A stretch of 64,000 nucleotides of DNA from Candidatus Eutrophomonas brisbanensis (GTDB lineage Bacteria > Pseudomonadota > Gammaproteobacteria > Burkholderiales > Eutrophovitaceae): contig JAYQIQ010000004.1 of assembly GCA_038141705.1 (NCBI GenBank), positions 775,135 to 839,134 of the forward strand, read 5' to 3'. The translations under genes and the position numbers were made by a program. Of this stretch, positions 59,795-64,000 are shown piece by piece. Below the pieces are notes generated by a model. The model searched no databases and had not been told where the DNA came from. It worked only from the letters and a program-made list of their open reading frames with translations. Position 1 is the first letter of the stretch; each line of letters begins with the position of its first letter.

Positions 59795-61130
59795 GATGAT
59801 CTCCCTGCTGACTTAAGCGGAAGAACATTTTCTTTTTTCGGCTGCTCACACCCAGCTCTTGTGCCACACAAGATTCGATGGTCAACAAGCCTTCGCGCAA
59901 TAACTCATCTGATATCGTTAGTGGCGCTAGAATTTTTAACACGTCATCTTTTGATCCGGACGTCTCTATTACTACCCCATGTTTGAACGCTGCACTAGCA
60001 ATCGCATGTATGAGCTTTGGATCTTCCGAGTGCAATCCTCGCATCATCCCTCGCCCTCTAACGGAAAAATTTCCCTCTGGGTAGATCTCAGAAATGTGAC
60101 GTAACCATGATTCGATAATTGCACCTTTGCGCTCGATATCATCTTGGAAAACATCGTCATCCCAAAACTTTCTCAGTGTTTCCGTTGCAGTTACAAACGC
60201 TAGGTTATTTCCGCGAAATGTTCCATTGTGTGCGCCAACATCCCACACATCATGCTCTGGCTTCATTAACACCAGAGCCATTGGTAGCCCATACCCACTC
60301 AAAGATTTGGACATGGTGATAATGTCAGGAGATATATTTGCTCCCTCAAAGCTAAAGAAAGATCCGGTTCTGCCGCAACCGACCTGAATATCATCGATGA
60401 TAAGTAACATGTCATGCCGCTCGCATAACAACTCCAGACGTTTTAACCATGCGAAACTGGCAGCGTTAACACCACCCTCTCCTTGAACGGTCTCTACGAT
60501 TACGGCCGCCGGATGATCTATTCCACTGCTCGAGTCACTCAGAAGTTTATCTATATGGTCGATCGTATCAACACTCTCTCCGAAGTAATCGCAATAGGGC
60601 ATAAACACCACATCGCCAACAGATACTCCTGATGCATTTCGAAACTTGGAATTACCAGTAGTGGATAACGATCCTCCGCTCACACCATGGAAGCCGTTAG
60701 TAAAAGAAATGATATTGCTACGTCCTTTTACTTGCCGAGCTATTTTCAGCGCAGCCTCTACAGCATTCGTTCCAGTGGGCCCCGTAAATTGCAGTTTGTA
60801 TTGCATACCGCGAGGCTGAAGAATTAGAGAGTCAAACGTCTCTATAAAATCTTTTTTTGCCTCTGTAGCCATATCGAGGCCATGAATAACGCCGTCGCTT
60901 GCGATATATTCGAGCGCCACTTCCTTCAAAGCTGGGTGGTTATGGCCATAATTTAATGTTCCAGCCCCACTAAAAAAATCGATGTAATTTTTATTGTTCT
61001 CATCCCAAAGTTGAGCGCCTTTTGCCCGCTTAAACAGCACGGGAAATGAGCGGATATACCCCCTAACCTCAGACTCTAATTTTTCAAATATTTTTAAACT
61101 CATTTGACTCCCTTTTTTATTACAGCCCAA
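59766..61130 (-). CDS. ectB: Diaminobutyrate-2-oxoglutarate transaminase
   Basis: Class III aminotransferase: [16 protein letters not shown] and a PLP-Lys region [11 protein letters not shown]. The likely start is M10 (61103). The 3' end overlaps ectC by 29 nt. Confidence 0.9.
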   Translation of the reverse strand: MGCNKKGSQMSLKIFEKLESEVRGYIRSFPVLFKRAKGAQLWDENNKNYIDFFSGAGTLNYGHNHPALKEVALEYIASDGVIHGLDMATEAKKDFIETFDSLILQPRGMQYKLQFTGPTGTNAVEAALKIARQVKGRSNIISFTNGFHGVSGGSLSTTGNSKFRNASGVSVGDVVFMPYCDYFGESVDTIDHIDKLLSDSSSGIDHPAAVIVETVQGEGGVNAASFAWLKRLELLCERHDMLLIIDDIQVGCGRTGSFFSFEGANISPDIITMSKSLSGYGLPMALVLMKPEHDVWDVGAHNGTFRGNNLAFVTATETLRKFWDDDVFQDDIERKGAIIESWLRHISEIYPEGNFSVRGRGMMRGLHSEDPKLIHAIASAAFKHGVVIETSGSKDDVLKILAPLTISDELLREGLLTIESCVAQELGVSSRKKKMFFRLSQQGDHHDRAKHKRY

Positions 61131-61131
61131 C

Positions 61132-61662
61132 TCATCGAGTTTTTATTGAGATCAAATCCTCATTTTCATGTGACTCTTTCCCAAAAAAACTTGAATCTAT
61201 AAATTTTGTTTTTTCTAAATATGCAGAGTTCGATTTTGCAAATGATTCGAACAAAGATAGAGACGGCAAATTAGCAGGAGCTACCGTTGTATTGATTTCA
61301 GATACTCCTTCAGGGACTAGCCGATCCCACAAACTTTGCAACATTCGGTTTCCCAATCCATTGCCTCGATACTTCGGATTTACCGCTACTTGCCAAACGA
61401 AAAGTATTTGTGGGTTTTGTGGTGTCCGATAGCCAGTTATAACCCCGACAATTTCTCCAGACATCTCTGCCACCACGCTTGTTTCAGCGAAATGTTCGCA
61501 AAGAATCAGATAACAATAGGTGGAATTTAAATCTAGGGGAGGGCATGTCGAGATTAATTGTTTCACCCCTAGACCGTCCTGAATAGTTGGAGCCCTTAAA
61601 ACAGGCGCACGCTTGCCCACTCCGCCATCTCTGGCTGACGATTCAGTTACAGCAAAACTCAA
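61132..61662 (-). CDS. ectA: L-2,4-diaminobutyrate acetyltransferase
   Basis: GNAT with EctA blocks LRAPTIQDG...DLNSTYCYLILCEHF. The TTG start overlaps the ectR stop (TTGA). Confidence 0.9.
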   Translation of the reverse strand: MSFAVTESSARDGGVGKRAPVLRAPTIQDGLGVKQLISTCPPLDLNSTYCYLILCEHFAETSVVAEMSGEIVGVITGYRTPQNPQILFVWQVAVNPKYRGNGLGNRMLQSLWDRLVPEGVSEINTTVAPANLPSLSLFESFAKSNSAYLEKTKFIDSSFFGKESHENEDLISIKTR

Positions 61663-62294
61663 AACTCTTGGGGTCCCTTATCTTCTTGTGTGGTTTTTTG
61701 CGGGATCGGACCAAGTTCCAGAATAGGGGCAGCCTCCACGTGATCAGCCTCCATTAACTCCACAACCCTCTCGAGCGAACGGGTAATATCTTCCTGTTCG
61801 CGTAGTGGCAACTCTTGCAAGCGTCTTTTCAGAACATCCTGAATTGGCGACGGAGCTCGTGCGACCAGAGTTGTACCAAGAGGAGTTGCGCTGACCATCA
61901 CGATTCTGCGATCTTTCTGCGATCTCTCTCGCTTCACAAGCCCTTTTATCTCAAGCCGGTCTAGGATGCCAACGATAGTGCTTGGACTCAAAAACACCTC
62001 TCGACTAACACTTGTTGCGCTCATGGGTCCGTCTCTGACAATCGCAAGCAGGCAAATTAATTGCGGCGCAGTAACTTCGGATTTGTTTTTCAACTCCCTA
62101 GAGTAGAGGTCTACCGACCTTATGATTTTCCTGAGCGCAGTCAATACGCGCAAATCTAATGCATTTGGAACTGACGGATCGAGCATTACAGCGTTGGTAT
62201 CCCCCACCCCTTTTTCAGGGCTATTGAGTTGAGAGGAGCTGATTGCTTGTGGCTTAACTCGGGACAAAATACGTATCGGTGCTTGATTATTCAA
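61659..62294 (-). CDS. ectR: MarR-family regulator (EctR-like), co-directional with and coupled to ectA
   Basis: MarR wHTH APQLICLLAIVRDGPMSATSVSREVFLSPSTIVGILDRLEIKGLVKRERSQKDRR. The start is uncertain: TTG at 62294 or ATG at 62186. Confidence 0.75.
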   Translation of the reverse strand: MNNQAPIRILSRVKPQAISSSQLNSPEKGVGDTNAVMLDPSVPNALDLRVLTALRKIIRSVDLYSRELKNKSEVTAPQLICLLAIVRDGPMSATSVSREVFLSPSTIVGILDRLEIKGLVKRERSQKDRRIVMVSATPLGTTLVARAPSPIQDVLKRRLQELPLREQEDITRSLERVVELMEADHVEAAPILELGPIPQKTTQEDKGPQEF

Positions 62295-62302
62295 TTACTT
62301 AT

Positions 62303-62321
62303 TATACCAATTATTGGTATA
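62303..62321. promoter_or_regulatory. 19-bp perfect palindrome TATACCAAT-T-ATTGGTATA, a candidate EctR operator
   Basis: It lies 9-27 nt upstream of the annotated ectR start. The GGTATACAA half-site recurs at 62454-62462 in the same AT-rich 290-nt intergenic region. Confidence 0.4.
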
Positions 62322-62586
62322 CAAATTATTTGATCAAGTATTGTTGTTTCAAGTCAGTCGAATATCAGAAAAAATAATCCCTGATTACTGAAAACTTTTT
62401 TCTATCCCTAATACCTTATTGATACGCTAAATTAAGGTCGTATATTAGTATTCGGTATACAATGTGGGGAGAAAATGTAGCTTTTACAAAATTCACCATA
62501 AAAAATAGAAAATACTTTAATATAAATAATATTATTGATAGTGTGTACTTACAAACTAATAGTTTTAAAACCGTCTGGAGAGGATT

Positions 62587-62994
62587 ATGAGTTCACCAAT
62601 TAGGGTTTTATTGGCGAAAGTTGGATTAGATGGGCACGATAGAGGCGTAAAAGTAGTTGCGAGAACATTGCGCGATGCGGGCATGGATGTGATCTACACG
62701 GGTTTACATCGCACTCCTCTAGAAGTCGTGAATGCGGCAATCCAAGAGGACGTAGACGTTCTTGGAATTAGCCTCCTTTCCGGTGCGCACATGACGATTT
62801 GCCCAAAAATCATGGATCTTCTTAAAGAAAAAGACGCGGCAGACACCATTGTTGTGGTTGATGGCGTCGTCCCAGATGAGGATGTAGCTTTTCTCAAAGA
62901 AATCGGAGTTAAAGAACTACTATTGCAAGACACTCCACCCGCCAAAATTGTTGAGACGTTAACTCGGTTAGTGGAAGAAAGAGGTCCGCGTTAA
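62587..62994 (+). CDS. Cobalamin-binding small subunit of a split acyl-CoA mutase
   Basis: 135 aa with DxHxxG (GLDGHDRGVKVV) and GISLLSGAH. SD GGAGAGG. Confidence 0.85.
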   Translation: MSSPIRVLLAKVGLDGHDRGVKVVARTLRDAGMDVIYTGLHRTPLEVVNAAIQEDVDVLGISLLSGAHMTICPKIMDLLKEKDAADTIVVVDGVVPDEDVAFLKEIGVKELLLQDTPPAKIVETLTRLVEERGPR

Positions 62995-63009
62995 ACACCG
63001 CGAGTCTTT

Positions 63010-63981
63010 ATGCCAACACCTTCAGCAGAATTATTCTCGAGACTAAAAACGGGCGACCTTCGGGCTGCCAGTCGACTAATGTCTCGAGCGGAATCCCATG
63101 ATCCCGCGACGATCGCGACGCTTGGCGAAATCTATAAATCTGCAGGCCGAGCCCATATCGTCGGGCTGACTGGCGTACCCGGCAGCGGAAAATCAACACT
63201 CGTGAGTCGTCTCGTATCGGAAATCCGAAAAAACGGCAGAAAAGTAGGTGTGATAGCGATCGATCCATCAAGCCCCTTCTCTGGAGGGTCGATATTGGGA
63301 GACCGCATTCGAATGACAAACCTTGTCTTAGATGAGGGCGTCTATATTCTAAGCATGGCAACACGAGGATCGACGGGTGGTTTAGCAAAATCCGCACTCA
63401 CAGCAGTCGACATACTCGATACCGCTGGATTTGATGTGATCATTATCGAAACGGTAGGGGTTGGACAAGACGAAGTGGAAATAGCGAGAGCCTCACACAC
63501 CACTATGGTGGTGTCCGCTCCTGGTTTAGGAGATGACGTGCAGGCGATTAAGGCTGGAATCCTGGAGATCGCAGATATACACGTTGTCAGTAAATGTGAC
63601 CGACCTGATTCAAACCGCACCATCACAGACTTGAAAACTATGCTCGCGATGGGAATCAATATCTCTATAAAAGATCAATCGAATAAACCCGTATGGCAAG
63701 TTCCAGTGGTGGGCACGAGCTCAGAGACAGGCGAGGGGATTGATAAGTTACTTGCAACAATGGACAAACATCGTGAAGCGCACCTAACGAGCGAGCTTGG
63801 CGAAGAACGATTGAAACGAATCGCGGAATACAGGACATTTAAAACTGCGGAAGATCTATTAAGGAATAAATTTTTCGACTCAACGAGTGAGAGAATTTCA
63901 GCGCTCGTAGAAAAAATCAGCAAGCGGGAGCTAGATCCGTTTACTGCCTCAGATGAACTGCTTGGAAATATCGCTTTTTAA
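63010..63981 (+). CDS. meaB: MeaB/ArgK-type G-protein chaperone for a B12 mutase
   Basis: P-loop GVPGSGKST and IIETVGVGQDE. SKCD stands at the position of the NKxD guanine-specificity motif. Confidence 0.85.
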   Translation: MPTPSAELFSRLKTGDLRAASRLMSRAESHDPATIATLGEIYKSAGRAHIVGLTGVPGSGKSTLVSRLVSEIRKNGRKVGVIAIDPSSPFSGGSILGDRIRMTNLVLDEGVYILSMATRGSTGGLAKSALTAVDILDTAGFDVIIIETVGVGQDEVEIARASHTTMVVSAPGLGDDVQAIKAGILEIADIHVVSKCDRPDSNRTITDLKTMLAMGINISIKDQSNKPVWQVPVVGTSSETGEGIDKLLATMDKHREAHLTSELGEERLKRIAEYRTFKTAEDLLRNKFFDSTSERISALVEKISKRELDPFTASDELLGNIAF

Positions 63982-64000
63982 AGGTCCGATAGAAATGACA

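Noticed and set aside
59766-59838. The ectB 3' extension overlapping ectC by 29 nt, considered as a possible 17th frameshift at the T6 run 59833-59838
   Set aside because: Changing the run length in either direction gives an alternative stop (one creates an ATGA overlap with ectC). The present ORF is intact, however, and I cannot decide among the three endings without homologue alignments, so it is not counted.
62295-62586. Possible cobalamin riboswitch upstream of the B12-mutase small subunit
   Set aside because: The region is extremely AT-rich, and I could not find the conserved B12-box (GCCACTG-like) or the GGGAA/GGTG core elements. It is more likely a shared promoter region.
1-64000. Search by eye for CRISPR arrays, tandem repeats, rRNA/tRNA genes, toxin-antitoxin pairs and phage or defence genes
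   Set aside because: I saw no regularly spaced direct repeats, no tRNA-like T-arm or acceptor sequences in the intergenic regions, and no protein with nuclease, toxin or defence-type motifs. A computational scan (tRNAscan, Infernal, repeat finders) would be needed to exclude small elements.

Overview
The window is a 64-kb chromosomal segment with about 62 protein-coding genes. It probably comes from a marine beta- or gammaproteobacterium. That placement rests only on gene content (lipoyl-domain E3, fused Prx5-Grx, IcmF, class I PhaC, ectoine genes) and is not certain. I found no rRNA, tRNA, CRISPR array, transposase or integrase.

Modules from left to right:
- 3' part of a lipoyl-domain-bearing lpdA, then nudC, a CopG/DUF411 copper protein and an orphan betaine-binding protein.
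- A comparatively GC-rich aerobic CO-dehydrogenase cluster on the minus strand: coxM-S-L-G-D-E, a mocA-like gene and a polytopic membrane protein.
- A mixed block: DUF2889, thioesterase, PQQ sugar dehydrogenase, histidine phosphatase, MAPEG, glpK, tautomerase, lrgAB and glnE.
- A leucine/terpenoid acyl-CoA carboxylase pathway (liu/atu-like), split into two minus-strand units by an inserted plus-strand block carrying SPFH and a small NfeD-like gene.
- A divergent thiolase facing an MBL hydrolase, a class II aldolase and phaC, then a Prx5-Grx hybrid and a second MAPEG gene.
- A GntR / acyl-CoA ligase / ThDP-enzyme operon.
- An Lrp gene with a BtuF-like gene, diverging from AHAS, a fused 1163-aa indolepyruvate:ferredoxin oxidoreductase family protein and IcmF.
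- A nine-gene ectR-ectABCD-ehuBCDA unit.
- A second B12-mutase small subunit with meaB at the right edge.

The strongest sequence-level signal is 16 single-nucleotide frameshifts in 15 otherwise intact genes. Most sit at short homopolymer runs. They are either sequencing or assembly errors or very recent gene inactivation.

The candidate systems most worth follow-up are the Lrp/AHAS/IOR/IcmF locus, the GntR-ligase-ThDP lyase-like operon, the fused ectoine synthesis-plus-uptake operon, and a PhaC with a histone-like Lys/Pro tail.
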